64,000 bases of DNA from a virus (lineage: Duplodnaviria > Caudoviricetes). Shown here piece by piece: positions 1 through 11,600 of the stretch. The notes below the pieces were generated by a model. It was given only the letters and a program-made list of their open reading frames with translations. It searched no databases and had not been told where the DNA came from. The translations under genes and the position numbers were made by a program. The stretch lies in the IMG/VR virus record IMGVR_UViG_3300031857_000014. The stretch is one strand, 5' to 3'. Within the stretch, counting starts at the first letter, position 1, and each line of letters begins with the position of its first letter.

Positions 1-5
1 ACTCC

Positions 6-770
6 GTGTATCAATCCGTGGCGTTTTTTACAAAATACACTCAAACCTTTTTTGAACCTTACGTCGAATCTTTCTTCGAAGATAGAATAAACGACAACAG
101 ACACAATTTTGTTGGTAATGTATACCAAAACCTCTACTTATACGTAACTAAAGGTGGTAATTACTACGATTTAGATATAGAACCTACAGTTGATATACTT
201 GATCACACAAACTCCATAATTCCGGGTTTAAATGACCTTACAACCACTAAAGTTAGAAAAGGTGTATACGTGGTTAATTTTGGTATAGATGGTACTTTAT
301 GTGACGGTAGAAGGTTCTTTTTTGATAAATGGAAGGGTATTGAAATAGATGGTGTATCATTAGCAGATGTAAAACAAAAATTTGTTCCCAAATTATTTAA
401 TACACAATATACAATAGGTGAAAATCCAACTGAATATCAAAGGTATATTGTTCAATATTATGGAATAAAATTGAATGAGAAAATAAAGAGAGGTGAACTC
501 AGAAAAGTAGTTGTTAATTTGAAATCTATTGATGTTCAGAACATTGTTTTATTTGACCAAGTATATTATAGAATGTACATAAAAGAAGGTCGTACTGAGG
601 TTAATATTCACGATTGGACCCTATTAGATGTGACTAATGAGAACTCTTTTGTTTTAGACACGTCCTATATGATTCCAAGAGAATATTTTATCGAAATAAA
701 AGCAAAAACTCACACAGAGGAAATTTTCCATAATGATATATTAAAATTTGAGATTGTATCAGAAAAGTAA
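6..770 (+). CDS. Conserved phage hypothetical protein, probably the C-terminal part of a longer gene truncated by the window edge
   Basis: 254-aa open frame that is already open at the window start; no recognisable catalytic motif. Confidence 0.55.
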   Translation: MYQSVAFFTKYTQTFFEPYVESFFEDRINDNRHNFVGNVYQNLYLYVTKGGNYYDLDIEPTVDILDHTNSIIPGLNDLTTTKVRKGVYVVNFGIDGTLCDGRRFFFDKWKGIEIDGVSLADVKQKFVPKLFNTQYTIGENPTEYQRYIVQYYGIKLNEKIKRGELRKVVVNLKSIDVQNIVLFDQVYYRMYIKEGRTEVNIHDWTLLDVTNENSFVLDTSYMIPREYFIEIKAKTHTEEIFHNDILKFEIVSEK

Positions 771-772
771 AA

Positions 773-780
773 TATTTATA
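773..780 (+). promoter_or_regulatory. Representative copy of the recurrent TATTTAT(A/T) putative late promoter
   Basis: Seen on the sense strand upstream of more than 15 genes (see findings). Confidence 0.7.
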
Positions 781-783
781 GAT

Positions 784-1260
784 ATGAAAAATATAGAAGA
801 AATTATTAAAAGACAATTAAGAAGTCTAACAGAAAATGAAGGTATGGAAAACTACATGTTTTTCAGTAATCTAGAACAAATTAAGAGACAATGTGAAATG
901 TTACTTAAAATGGACCCGAAGATGTTGGATTCTATTATTCAGGATGGTCACGATTGGGCTGATGACCATGTATCTGAAGCAAAGAATAACATGGATCAAG
1001 TATTCGATTTCTTTATGAACAAAACTAAAGAAATGGAAAAAGGTATAACTGACGTTAAATCAGATTTGAGTCAATTTAGTTTAAATGAAGAAGAACAAAT
1101 TGATGAAAGTAAAAACAAACCAACAAATCCTAAACTATGGGCGAGAGCAAAATCTATGGCTAAATCCAAATTTAAGGTCTACCCTTCAGCTTATGCAAAC
1201 GGATGGGCTGCTAAATGGTATAAAAAACATGGTGGTGGATGGAGAAAGTCAAAAAAGTAA
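784..1260 (+). CDS. Phage protein with acidic N-terminal part and basic C-terminal DUF5872-like motif; probable virion-internal protein
   Basis: ATG at 784 follows TATTTATA (773-780); C-terminus PTNPKLWARAK...YPSAYANGWAAKWYKKHGGGWRK recalls a motif common in T4-like aquatic phages. Confidence 0.6.
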   Translation: MKNIEEIIKRQLRSLTENEGMENYMFFSNLEQIKRQCEMLLKMDPKMLDSIIQDGHDWADDHVSEAKNNMDQVFDFFMNKTKEMEKGITDVKSDLSQFSLNEEEQIDESKNKPTNPKLWARAKSMAKSKFKVYPSAYANGWAAKWYKKHGGGWRKSKK

Positions 1261-1263
1261 AAT

Positions 1264-1995
1264 ATGAAAATAAGATTAAGTGAAGAGGATTTAAAATACG
1301 TTCAAGAATCCATTCAAACCGGTGAAGTTTTACAAGAAGATTTAAGAAGATGGTTTAAAGAAAAATGGGTTGATGTTAGTAGAAAAGTTGATGGTAAACA
1401 TCCTCCTTGTGGTAGAAAGAAAGCAACAGATAAAGGATACCCTAAATGTAGACCTAAAAAGAAAATATCCAAAGAAACACCTAAAACCGCTGGTTCGTAT
1501 TCCGCAAAAGAAAAGAAAGCAATGACAACACAAAAGAGAAAAGCGGAGAAAACACATAATAAATCAGGAACAGGAAATAAACCAAAAATGACACATTATA
1601 ACGAAGAAAGAATATCAAAACTAACTGATTTAGTTTTAGAAGAAATAAACAGTTTAAAACACACTAGTATTCTATATGAAGATGAATTCGGTTCTGTTGA
1701 AGAAACTGAATTTATTGCAGACGATTTATTGAATGAAGCGGAATATCAAGGACGTAAAGTTCAGTTAGGTAAAATCATGCAAGGAGACATTAAGAAATTC
1801 AAAGTTTATGTTAAAAATGATAAAGGAAAAGTAGTTAAAGTAAACTTTGGGTTTGGTGGTAAATCCGCAAAAGGAAAAAGAATGGTTATTAAAAAGAATA
1901 ACCCACAAAGAAGAAAATCATTTAGAGCAAGACACAATTGTGATAATCCGGGACCTCGTTGGAAACCGAGATATTGGGCATGTAGAACATGGTAA
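1264..1995 (+). CDS. Basic two-domain phage protein (EDLRRWFKEKWVD..PPCGR..YPKCRP domain plus KVYVKN..VKVNFG..RKSFRARHNC domain)
   Basis: 243-aa ORF; both motifs recur in aquatic phage hypothetical proteins (recognised from memory). Confidence 0.6.
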   Translation: MKIRLSEEDLKYVQESIQTGEVLQEDLRRWFKEKWVDVSRKVDGKHPPCGRKKATDKGYPKCRPKKKISKETPKTAGSYSAKEKKAMTTQKRKAEKTHNKSGTGNKPKMTHYNEERISKLTDLVLEEINSLKHTSILYEDEFGSVEETEFIADDLLNEAEYQGRKVQLGKIMQGDIKKFKVYVKNDKGKVVKVNFGFGGKSAKGKRMVIKKNNPQRRKSFRARHNCDNPGPRWKPRYWACRTW

Positions 1996-2026
1996 AATTA
2001 TAGGCACACCTCGCACGCCACCCAGA

Positions 2027-2058
2027 CAAAAACCCACCGTAATTGGTGGGTTTGTTGT
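2027..2058. terminator. Probable bidirectional intrinsic terminator
   Basis: AAACCCACC-gtaatt-GGTGGGTTT hairpin between convergent genes. Confidence 0.7.
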
Positions 2059-2385
2059 TTATAGTAATTTTTGATTTGACCAGTACTGTAATCTATTATC
2101 ACAATACCTATTTAATTTATACGCGTCCTTTTTCTCAATCAACTTAGAGATATCTGACATGTGTTTTTTATTATTAAAATCTATACCAATAATATATCCA
2201 CCTTCACTTTTTTCATGTGTTGTTTCCCTTATATATTTCCCTTGGTCGTCTAAAAGTAAAAGTTCAATTATACCTTTTTTGGTGTCAGTGTCCTTTTTAT
2301 AAACTTTGAATGGTATTGAACGTATTTCAATCATTTGCTGAAGGACATCCAATCTTAACTTTTCGTAATCTGTAGTTTCATTCAT
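2059..2385 (-). CDS. Hypothetical protein
   Basis: 108-aa ORF with phage-like composition. Confidence 0.55.
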   Translation of the reverse strand: MNETTDYEKLRLDVLQQMIEIRSIPFKVYKKDTDTKKGIIELLLLDDQGKYIRETTHEKSEGGYIIGIDFNNKKHMSDISKLIEKKDAYKLNRYCDNRLQYWSNQKLL

Positions 2386-2617
2386 TATACAAAAATAGTA
2401 AAATGTTTTGAAATAACAAAATTAATTTACTTTACATAACCAATATCTAACACCGTTAATTTTTACATATGTAGTGTTTGAAGACGGTTTTTCACAATAT
2501 GTTTCTTTAGTACCGTTTTCAAATGTTAGTACAAAACCGGTCCTATTTAAATTCCATTTAATTGTATTCATAAATTATATTTTAATTAATATAGATTTTA
2601 AAGGACAATAAGTAAAT

Positions 2618-2647
2618 AAAAAACCCCCGATTTCTCGAGGGTTTTTA
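2618..2647 (-). terminator. Intrinsic terminator of the major capsid gene
   Basis: On the minus strand, a CCCTCGAG-aaa-TCGGGGG hairpin followed by a T run, just after the capsid stop. Confidence 0.7.
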
Positions 2648-2665
2648 TATAGATAGTCGTAAAGA

Positions 2666-4414
2666 TTATCTTAAAGTGTTCAAATCAAATGTTTGAAGAC
2701 CTCTCACATCGATAGTTGCGAAGTAACGGTTGTTAACCATTTTCTTTGCGTATCTTGTCATGATACCTTTAATCGGTGTCATGTTGAAAGGATTATACAT
2801 TGTTGGAGTCAACTGTAATGGTACGTATGGTGCGTAAATGTAACCAGCGTCTAACAATGACTTACCTTTGTGTCCAATCAAGATTTTTCCTGCTGGGAAG
2901 TAAGGGTCACGATATACTTGGTAACGACCTGCTAATGTACCAACTTTCTCAATACCCATGTTGTACTGATCTTGCTCAGGAGCAGCGTTTGATACGTGGA
3001 AATATTCCAAATCATCGAATACTGCAGAAACTTCTGAAGAAACAACGATCCAGTTAGCACCACCTCTCAAAGTAGTTTTGTGGATTTGAGCAGACAATTG
3101 GTTAATTTTGGTTAACAATGTTTGGTTCCAATCTTTTTGAGTGTAACCCTGAAGAGTAGCACCTGCATTACCACCATATTTCCATTCGTTGTAATCCCAC
3201 TTCAATGACCATGCTGCACCTTTTCTAAGGTCACGTAAAATTTCACGGTCAACCTCAGCAGCGATTTGCTCAGATAACAACGCTGTTAACTCAGCTTCTG
3301 CATCGATGTTGTGGAACGCACTAACGTCTTGTGCTAATTCAGGAGACCAGCTAGCTCTCAATTTTCTTTCAGTTACAGAAACTGTTACTGACTCAAGATC
3401 GAAAGAAACTTCACCGATTTCATCTTCAAATTCCAAAGTAGCATATCTACGATAAGTAAAGATAAAGTCAGTACCATCTAAAGCACCACCTGCTACTGTG
3501 TAATTAGAGAAACCTGCAGTTGACGAATAAGTTTGTAAATCAACTTGGATGAATATAGTACCATTCTCATCGCAAATATCTTGATAACCAAGACCATTAG
3601 CAGAATCAAATGCTTTAACACCGTAATTAACAATTCCTTTACCATATTTCTGTGTAACGATATTGAATGGTAAATTTCCTGTTGATATACCTGAAATACT
3701 AACCGCGTTAGTCACAACAGATAATGAAGCCAAGAATTCTTCTGTATCCATTTCGTTACCGTCTGGACCAGCTAATTTACCTTGACCTGGTCTAGAGAAA
3801 CCACTAAGTGCAACAACTACACTTGATAAAGATGTATTAATTGGATAAGTTACACCATAAGTAACAGCTCCGTTAGAGAAAGTAACAAGACTATTACCTG
3901 TTAAACTAACTGTAGTGAAACCTCCTTTAGAGTAATCATACAATCCTGAAGTTGCGTCATCGTTTGACTCATAGAAACGATCATAAAGGTTAATACCTGT
4001 GTATCCAGTAGATGCACTTGTACCACCTCCACCACCTGGAATACCATATGGTTGATAGTGACCATTTCCGCCAGTTCTATCTTGAATTTTTGGTACGAAA
4101 TAGAATAATTTACCGATTGGTAAGTTCATAGCTTGTACAGACACGATGTCGTTAGCTAATAATTTAGAGAACACACGTCTGATGATAGGAAATACCACAG
4201 TCTCAAATGAACCTGAAGCATCAGATACTGCTGCTTCGTTTATCAAATAAGACGCTTGGTTTTCATACAACTGCGCGATGTTATCTTTCATGTGACCGTC
4301 AAGACCCTCAAGGAATCCGAGGTCATCCCATTTTCTGATGGTATCTTCTTTGATAACACGAAGGTGCTTAAGACCGATGTTACCAACCATACCTGATTCT
4401 AATAATGCTCCCAT
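2666..4414 (-). CDS. Major capsid protein, T4 gp23-like
   Basis: IIRRVFSKLLANDIVSVQAMNLPIGKLFY, VTERKLRASWSPELAQDVSAFHNIDAEAELTALLSEQIAAEVDREI and GYIYAPYVPLQ are gp23-family motifs. Confidence 0.95.
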   Translation of the reverse strand: MGALLESGMVGNIGLKHLRVIKEDTIRKWDDLGFLEGLDGHMKDNIAQLYENQASYLINEAAVSDASGSFETVVFPIIRRVFSKLLANDIVSVQAMNLPIGKLFYFVPKIQDRTGGNGHYQPYGIPGGGGGTSASTGYTGINLYDRFYESNDDATSGLYDYSKGGFTTVSLTGNSLVTFSNGAVTYGVTYPINTSLSSVVVALSGFSRPGQGKLAGPDGNEMDTEEFLASLSVVTNAVSISGISTGNLPFNIVTQKYGKGIVNYGVKAFDSANGLGYQDICDENGTIFIQVDLQTYSSTAGFSNYTVAGGALDGTDFIFTYRRYATLEFEDEIGEVSFDLESVTVSVTERKLRASWSPELAQDVSAFHNIDAEAELTALLSEQIAAEVDREILRDLRKGAAWSLKWDYNEWKYGGNAGATLQGYTQKDWNQTLLTKINQLSAQIHKTTLRGGANWIVVSSEVSAVFDDLEYFHVSNAAPEQDQYNMGIEKVGTLAGRYQVYRDPYFPAGKILIGHKGKSLLDAGYIYAPYVPLQLTPTMYNPFNMTPIKGIMTRYAKKMVNNRYFATIDVRGLQTFDLNTLR

Positions 4415-4442
4415 TTTTAAATTGGTTTTATTTTTTTATTAT

Positions 4443-5660
<1,218 letters not shown>

Positions 5661-5748
5661 TTTTCTTTATTTAGTTTTATTATTCTATAAATACTATGAA
5701 TTTTATAAAAAATTCAGTTTTATTATATGTTTATCGGGAAAAAATTGA

Positions 5749-6435
5749 TTATTTTGATAAGAAGTTATCAAGTCGACCCATTAGACTTTTCATTTTGTCA
5801 GTATCGACCTTTGGTTCTTCTATAGACTCTTGATACTGTTCTCTCTCTGATGGGTCACTAAATACATATGCACCAGGAGTAGACGGAGACGACACTAAAT
5901 CAAAACAGACCAATTCAAAATCTTCTTGTACAACGTTTTGACCTTTTATATTTTTTAAAGAACCAACTCCTCTAGATGAAATACCTAAAGTCGCACCATT
6001 CATTATTAACATTGCTGCTTGGTCACCTTTAGTACTGACTATTCCCATTTTTTTCCAACCGGGAGAAGTAAACAATTTGATTTTACCCATTAACATTTTA
6101 CCATCCCACCATGTTTCTAAAATTGAGTGAGAAACTCTGTCTAAGTCAATAAGAGAAGATGATGGGTGATTTAATTCATTTAATGCCCCACCTTTTTTTA
6201 TAATTGTTTGATATTTTTCGTTTTCTCTTTTTAAAATGGTTTCAGGATAAATTCTACCATTTTTGTTTGGTGTGTCGTATTTCTGTAAAACAGCATAAAG
6301 GATAAGGTCTTTTGAAAAGTCCATATCCTTCATTTCTGAAATTATTCCTTTATTATCTTCTGCGGAAACGTATCCTGCATCGTATTCGATGAGGTAACCT
6401 TTTACACCAATATCATTGGGACCTAATATCTTCAT
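5749..6435 (-). CDS. Prohead protease, T4 gp21-like
   Basis: NKNGRIYP, ALNELNHP, GISSRGVGSL and FDLVSSPSTPGAY motifs. Confidence 0.92.
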   Translation of the reverse strand: MKILGPNDIGVKGYLIEYDAGYVSAEDNKGIISEMKDMDFSKDLILYAVLQKYDTPNKNGRIYPETILKRENEKYQTIIKKGGALNELNHPSSSLIDLDRVSHSILETWWDGKMLMGKIKLFTSPGWKKMGIVSTKGDQAAMLIMNGATLGISSRGVGSLKNIKGQNVVQEDFELVCFDLVSSPSTPGAYVFSDPSEREQYQESIEEPKVDTDKMKSLMGRLDNFLSK

Positions 6436-6471
6436 TTATAGCTATTAATACTATAAATACTTAGATATTTA

Positions 6472-6897
6472 CTAATTTTTACTTTTAGAGAAATTAAATA
6501 GATTTTTGTCAGATAAACCATTATCGATAATGGTTTCTGTAATATATTTTATAGTTGACTTTATTTCTTTTGATTTAACATCAAACTTTTTTTCTACGTA
6601 TAAAGTAACCTCTAAATTCATAAAGGATTTTTTTTCTTTTTTAATTCCTTTTGTCCTTATGTCTAAATCAACTATAGATTGTGGTTTAAAATATTCTAAT
6701 TTGAGATTAGAAATTATTTCTTTAATTAATCTTCTTGATTTCAAAATAGTAAAATCAAAATCTTCATTTTCGTTTTTTGGTTGAACCCAAGAATTAATTT
6801 TTAAATAAATTGTTTTTAAATTTTTAGAATCTACTGTTCCATATCCAATTTTTACATCATTGTAAATTCCTAATGGAATAAACTTACCGGTTTTCAT
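6472..6897 (-). CDS. Hypothetical protein in the head module
   Basis: 141-aa ORF co-oriented with the head genes. Confidence 0.6.
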   Translation of the reverse strand: MKTGKFIPLGIYNDVKIGYGTVDSKNLKTIYLKINSWVQPKNENEDFDFTILKSRRLIKEIISNLKLEYFKPQSIVDLDIRTKGIKKEKKSFMNLEVTLYVEKKFDVKSKEIKSTIKYITETIIDNGLSDKNLFNFSKSKN

Positions 6898-6997
6898 TAA
6901 TTTTTCATGTTATAATATTTTTATGGTGTTAATAAAATATAATATAATTTTTAGTAAAAAACAAATTTTTTTATATTTTTTTCAAATACTTATTTTT

Positions 6998-7189
6998 ATG
7001 ATTATTATTGATGTAACAAAAGAAAAAAATATTGAAACCGCGTTGAAAAACTATAAAAACAAGGTGAATAGAATTAAACAAATTCAAAAATTGAAAGAGA
7101 GAAAAGAATACGTGAAACCCTCTGTAGTTAAAAGAGAAATTATATTAAAAGCTAAATTTAAAAATAAAATGAAAAATGGTCTTAATTAA
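6998..7189 (+). CDS. rpsU: Ribosomal protein bS21 (phage-encoded)
   Basis: From ATG 6998: MIIIDVTKEKNIETALKNYKNKVNRIKQIQKLKERKEYVKPSVVKREIILKAK; matches the bS21 pattern (E.ALK.FK.K...ELR.R..YEKPS..RR). Confidence 0.88.
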   Translation: MIIIDVTKEKNIETALKNYKNKVNRIKQIQKLKERKEYVKPSVVKREIILKAKFKNKMKNGLN

Positions 7190-7929
7190 AGACCATTTTT
7201 TAATTCTTTAAGTTTGTAATAATTGTATTTTGAAATTTCCATAGAATCCACTTCTTTTTTAACAGATTCTAATTTTGATATAACATCTGATTGTATGTAT
7301 TTTGACTCAGATAAGATACCATTGATTTTTTGATTGATATCTTCTTTTAATTCTTTTGTTTTTTCTTTTAAATCTTCGTCATTAAATGATAAAATGTCCT
7401 TTAATTCTTTTCTCTGATTCTCATTTAATGAATCATTATATAAAACATTGAAATTATTGACAAGTACTGCATTTAATAAACCTAAATTTGGTATTAATGT
7501 TTCCGATTCCTCAAGTTTTACAGATTCTTTTTTAGTTGTTAAAAACTTAATTAAATTATCCTTCGCTAATACTTTTTTATCTATGTTTAACAAACTATCA
7601 TCCTCTGATAAAATATCTAAGTATTCATATACTTGATTGTTATCACAGTTATAATCTTGAATATGTTCGTAAAGTGTTTTGTTAAATTTATATAATTCTT
7701 TAGTCTTATCTTTTAATAGATTAATTATACTTTCAACGTATACTTTCGCAACATTTTTATCTTCAAAATATTTGTTTTCTATTTCTTCATAAAATAGATA
7801 TAATTCTTTGAAACTTTTATTCTCTTTTATGATTTCCATAATAGATTTTACATCTGTCATGTTTTTTTCAGAATACGATTCAGATATTCTTGTCAGTAAT
7901 TTTGATTTTAATTTACCAAAACTGTTCAT
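7186..7929 (-). CDS. Hypothetical head-module protein
   Basis: 247-aa helical ORF directly downstream of the portal gene. Confidence 0.6.
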   Translation of the reverse strand: MNSFGKLKSKLLTRISESYSEKNMTDVKSIMEIIKENKSFKELYLFYEEIENKYFEDKNVAKVYVESIINLLKDKTKELYKFNKTLYEHIQDYNCDNNQVYEYLDILSEDDSLLNIDKKVLAKDNLIKFLTTKKESVKLEESETLIPNLGLLNAVLVNNFNVLYNDSLNENQRKELKDILSFNDEDLKEKTKELKEDINQKINGILSESKYIQSDVISKLESVKKEVDSMEISKYNYYKLKELKNGL

Positions 7930-7931
7930 GT

Positions 7932-9728
7932 TTAATCGTTTAATATGTCTTTTAATTTATTTTCTATTTCATAAATATTCTCTTGCGCCTTATTAAAATC
8001 AAATTCTTCATTTTCATCTAACATTTCTGTTATTTTTAATTTTTTTGATTCACTTAAAGGAGCTTCACCACCACCTGTTGGAGGTGGTGGAGGAGGAGAA
8101 CCACCACCCAATTCACCACCCATACCACCGGGAGATTCACCTGGAGCACCCGCACTTGCTTCTCTTTCTTTTTCGGGTATACCGTACTTATTGTCTACAT
8201 TATCAAATACTCCTGAACGTTTAATAACATTTTGTGTGTTAGTTAACTCAAAACCAATAGCTCTTTCAAGTCTTTGTTGCTGTAAATCAAGAATAACTTC
8301 ATTATCACTCATACCAAGAATATTTTTCTTAGCCCATGTATGAGAAACAGGTAAAATACCTATTTGAGATTGGTCAGATGTTGCATCCTTATAAAGAGTT
8401 ATCTTTTCTTTCCATTGTTCAATCTTTAATAATTCTGATTGAGAAGATGGGTTAGTTAAAGATAATTGAAAATTATTTAATTCATCTTCTAAACCTAATA
8501 AGTATAAATGAATTAACGCAATTTTATTTAATTCCTGAATTAATGATTTTTGAATTCTATTAATTGTTCTCGCAAAACGTATATCCATTAGTGCAAGATT
8601 CTTACCGTCACCCACAGCATCTTCAAACCCTAAAAAAGCTTTAGGTATTCTCAATGCAGCTAATAATTTCTTTTGAATATATTCTATATCGGCGATTTCA
8701 CCTAAGTTTTGAGCACCTGCTAATGTTTCAATAGGGTTAGTCGCAGCTGGATCACGAACAGGAATAAAATAATCTTGGTCTACCGCCATTTGATTATATC
8801 TCATATCAATTTGTCCATTCTTAGGGTCAGCAATAGGTTGTCTTTTAAATTTATTCGCAACCCTTTGTACGTAAGCTTCAATATCCTTATCATCCATATT
8901 ACCAACAAAGACTTTAAACACACGTCTCTCCGGTGCTCTTGATGTTCTATAAATTAACATAGCGTCTTCGGCTAAAAGTAGTTGTTTCCAAATTCTTCTA
9001 ACTTTATCTAACATTGATGTACCATAAGGTAATTTTCTATCATCACCTAATAATCTAAAATGTCCAATTTCCCATGATTGAAATTCCATGTCTTTATTTT
9101 TCCATTGAAATCTCAATTCTCTAGTTGGCATTTTCATTTCAGGATTTTGATTGGGTGTTTTTGATGAAACACCTTCCAATCTTTCTATTTCAATATTTGG
9201 TAACTGTTGACAACCAATAATTCCTTTTTCGGGATTTATTTTGAGATAGATAAAATTGTCACCATATTTACATAATCCTCTAGCCCACATTTGTAAATTT
9301 GTGTTTATGTCTAATCTGTTACTAAATAAATCTTCTAAAATATTTTTAACTCTGGTTGATTCTGAATATATCGTTAATATTTCACCTTTTTCTGACATTG
9401 TTGTTGATTCTTCAGCGTAAATGTCTAAAGCAGCAGATATCTCCGGAGTAAACTCCATAGATTCATAATCATAGTATGCTGCTAATCTATTTGGTTCATA
9501 ATATACTGATTGATTATATAGTGATTGATCTAATTTAGCCCATTTATCTGCGATATATGTACTTTGTTGTGCTTGAAGTAATGCGTTTTCGTATTCTTCT
9601 TTACTATCCGTTTTCAGTAACTCATCCTTACTAAATGTAAATGATTGTTTTTCTTCAGGTTTTGATTGACCCGGAAACCCAAACATCTTAGTGAGTTTCT
9701 GAAATACCGTTAAATTTTGATTATCCAT
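7932..9728 (-). CDS. Portal protein, T4 gp20-like
   Basis: YDYESMEFTPEISAALDIYAEE, LPYGTSMLDKVRRIWKQLLLAEDAMLIYRTSRAPERRVF, QDYFIPVR and IETLAGAQNLGEIADIEYIQKKLLAALRIPK. Confidence 0.95.
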   Translation of the reverse strand: MDNQNLTVFQKLTKMFGFPGQSKPEEKQSFTFSKDELLKTDSKEEYENALLQAQQSTYIADKWAKLDQSLYNQSVYYEPNRLAAYYDYESMEFTPEISAALDIYAEESTTMSEKGEILTIYSESTRVKNILEDLFSNRLDINTNLQMWARGLCKYGDNFIYLKINPEKGIIGCQQLPNIEIERLEGVSSKTPNQNPEMKMPTRELRFQWKNKDMEFQSWEIGHFRLLGDDRKLPYGTSMLDKVRRIWKQLLLAEDAMLIYRTSRAPERRVFKVFVGNMDDKDIEAYVQRVANKFKRQPIADPKNGQIDMRYNQMAVDQDYFIPVRDPAATNPIETLAGAQNLGEIADIEYIQKKLLAALRIPKAFLGFEDAVGDGKNLALMDIRFARTINRIQKSLIQELNKIALIHLYLLGLEDELNNFQLSLTNPSSQSELLKIEQWKEKITLYKDATSDQSQIGILPVSHTWAKKNILGMSDNEVILDLQQQRLERAIGFELTNTQNVIKRSGVFDNVDNKYGIPEKEREASAGAPGESPGGMGGELGGGSPPPPPPTGGGEAPLSESKKLKITEMLDENEEFDFNKAQENIYEIENKLKDILND

Positions 9729-9779
9729 ATAAGTAAATACTTTTGTTTAAAATAAACTAAAATATCAATAGTTTAAAGG

Positions 9780-11558
9780 TTATTTCTTAGTACCAAATAA
9801 CCACGAATATTCTTGATATGCGTCTTTATTTGATGATATATTATTCATATTAGAATTTAATCCTGGATTATCCATTTGAGTTAAACCAACCGGATCAAAA
9901 GACGTTCCGTATGAATAAAATGATTTATTAGGTTCATATGTTCTTTCACTTACTGTCCAAGACTCTAACATGGCTTTATTTGCCGATTCATTTCTTTGAA
10001 GTTGGTTAAAACATATATCACCAGCATATAACGCCATAGATATACTCATAATTGCATCGTCATGAGCACCTTTCATGTGGTCAGGTCTACCATTAATATA
10101 AACAAACGTGTTTAATTCATTTAATAATCTATTCGATCTAATTAAGAATCCTTTTCTAACTTGTTCTTCAAATGCAGCAACAATTTGAGTTCTTTTGTTA
10201 TTAAAATTTATACCGGGAATTTTATCCATTACTTTTCTATTATATTCCCAAATATTTTGTGTATTAATACCTTCAATATATAAATTTTTATAATTCATTT
10301 CTTGAAGTTTTCTTGATGTAGCAATTCCCATACCACCAGTTATATCTGTAACAATAAATGAATTACCATAAAGAATACCCCATTTATATGCGATTGACGC
10401 CAAATCATCTGGAGGAATTTTTCCTATATATTCTAAAACTTGTTCTCTATCATCAAAATCAATTATATTGATTGCTGAAAAATCTTCACTATCACCTCTA
10501 CTCACATCAACACCCATAATATATCGGTGACCAACAATAGGTTCTTTCCATTGCCAAAGAGTACCTTGCATATACTTTTCAATCGGTTGTCTAACCATAT
10601 TCTTTGCAATATTCTCTTGTATTTCACCTGGAATAACACCATCACCTGAACCTAAAAAGTCACATTCCAATTCCTGAGCAATCTTACGTCTATCATATTT
10701 GAATTTTTTAGACATAGATTCAAACCAAGAAGAAAAAGGTTTGTATCCTTGTTCTTCATACTCACGATATTTTTCAATATCAAAATCGTACATAACAACT
10801 TCATCATCATTATATTGTTCTCTATTCAACATGTAATGACATATGTCAGCACATTTAATCCACCTTAAATCCTTAGTATATCTTGGGTCTTTAAACCATC
10901 TTAAATCAGTAATATGAAAATCATTTATACCACGTAGAGCCTGATCATAAACACCATAATAAATTGGGTCATATCCATTTGGTGTTGAAATAAGAATAAT
11001 CTTACCACCGGTAGACAATGACGCCATAGACGCCGCCCAAAAATCTTCTCCTGCTTCAATATAAGCAGCCTCATCAAATACAAGTATTGTTGGAGTATAA
11101 CCACGTAACGCATCCGCAGATGTTGCTACCGCTTTTACTTCACAACCATTGTTTAATCTAAATCTACTTTCTGAATTTTTATCCGGGTGAAAACCAACAT
11201 TAATCCATTCAGGCCATTGGTCTAAGAAATGTCTAACCTTATTGGCCATTTCAATTGCGGTATCTCTCTTGTTTGCAATAATCAAAACCCTTTCAGGATT
11301 TTCGGGTTTTGCTGTCTGAAGTTTCTTTGATATCCATGCAGCGGTAACTGTTGACACACCCGCCTGTCTATATTTCCTTGTTATATTCTCATTATAAGTT
11401 TCGTAATCTTTAATTAACTGAACTTGGTCAGGGAATAATTCTAAAGGAACAAATTTCTTTTGTGTATTATCATAAGTTGTTAGATATGTTTTGAGAGCAT
11501 ATGGAGCATCTTTGATAATACGAGCATATTCTTTTAACTGCTCAATTTTACTATTCAT
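9780..11558 (-). CDS. Terminase large subunit, T4 gp17-like
   Basis: KYRQAGVST (Walker A-like), ILVFDEAAYIE (Walker B), ISTPNG, GVDVSRGDSEDFS and HDDAIMS nuclease motifs; start moved to MNSKIEQ (11558) because a terminator and the late motif lie immediately upstream. Confidence 0.93.
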   Translation of the reverse strand: MNSKIEQLKEYARIIKDAPYALKTYLTTYDNTQKKFVPLELFPDQVQLIKDYETYNENITRKYRQAGVSTVTAAWISKKLQTAKPENPERVLIIANKRDTAIEMANKVRHFLDQWPEWINVGFHPDKNSESRFRLNNGCEVKAVATSADALRGYTPTILVFDEAAYIEAGEDFWAASMASLSTGGKIILISTPNGYDPIYYGVYDQALRGINDFHITDLRWFKDPRYTKDLRWIKCADICHYMLNREQYNDDEVVMYDFDIEKYREYEEQGYKPFSSWFESMSKKFKYDRRKIAQELECDFLGSGDGVIPGEIQENIAKNMVRQPIEKYMQGTLWQWKEPIVGHRYIMGVDVSRGDSEDFSAINIIDFDDREQVLEYIGKIPPDDLASIAYKWGILYGNSFIVTDITGGMGIATSRKLQEMNYKNLYIEGINTQNIWEYNRKVMDKIPGINFNNKRTQIVAAFEEQVRKGFLIRSNRLLNELNTFVYINGRPDHMKGAHDDAIMSISMALYAGDICFNQLQRNESANKAMLESWTVSERTYEPNKSFYSYGTSFDPVGLTQMDNPGLNSNMNNISSNKDAYQEYSWLFGTKK

Positions 11559-11571
11559 ACATATAAATACA

Positions 11572-11596
11572 AAAAAAGGTGGTAAAACCACCTTTT
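11572..11596 (-). terminator. Intrinsic terminator between the 439-aa gene and terminase
   Basis: AAAAGGTGG-tttta-CCACCTTTTTTT on the minus strand. Confidence 0.65.
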
Positions 11597-11600
11597 CGTA

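Noticed and set aside
2003-2027. Short C-rich GC island after the 1264-1995 gene
   Set aside because: Too short, with no clear pairing partner or second copy
11559-11591. ORF-track start of terminase (MVLPPFF...)
   Set aside because: Lies within a terminator hairpin and upstream of the late motif; MNSKIEQ at 11558 fits better
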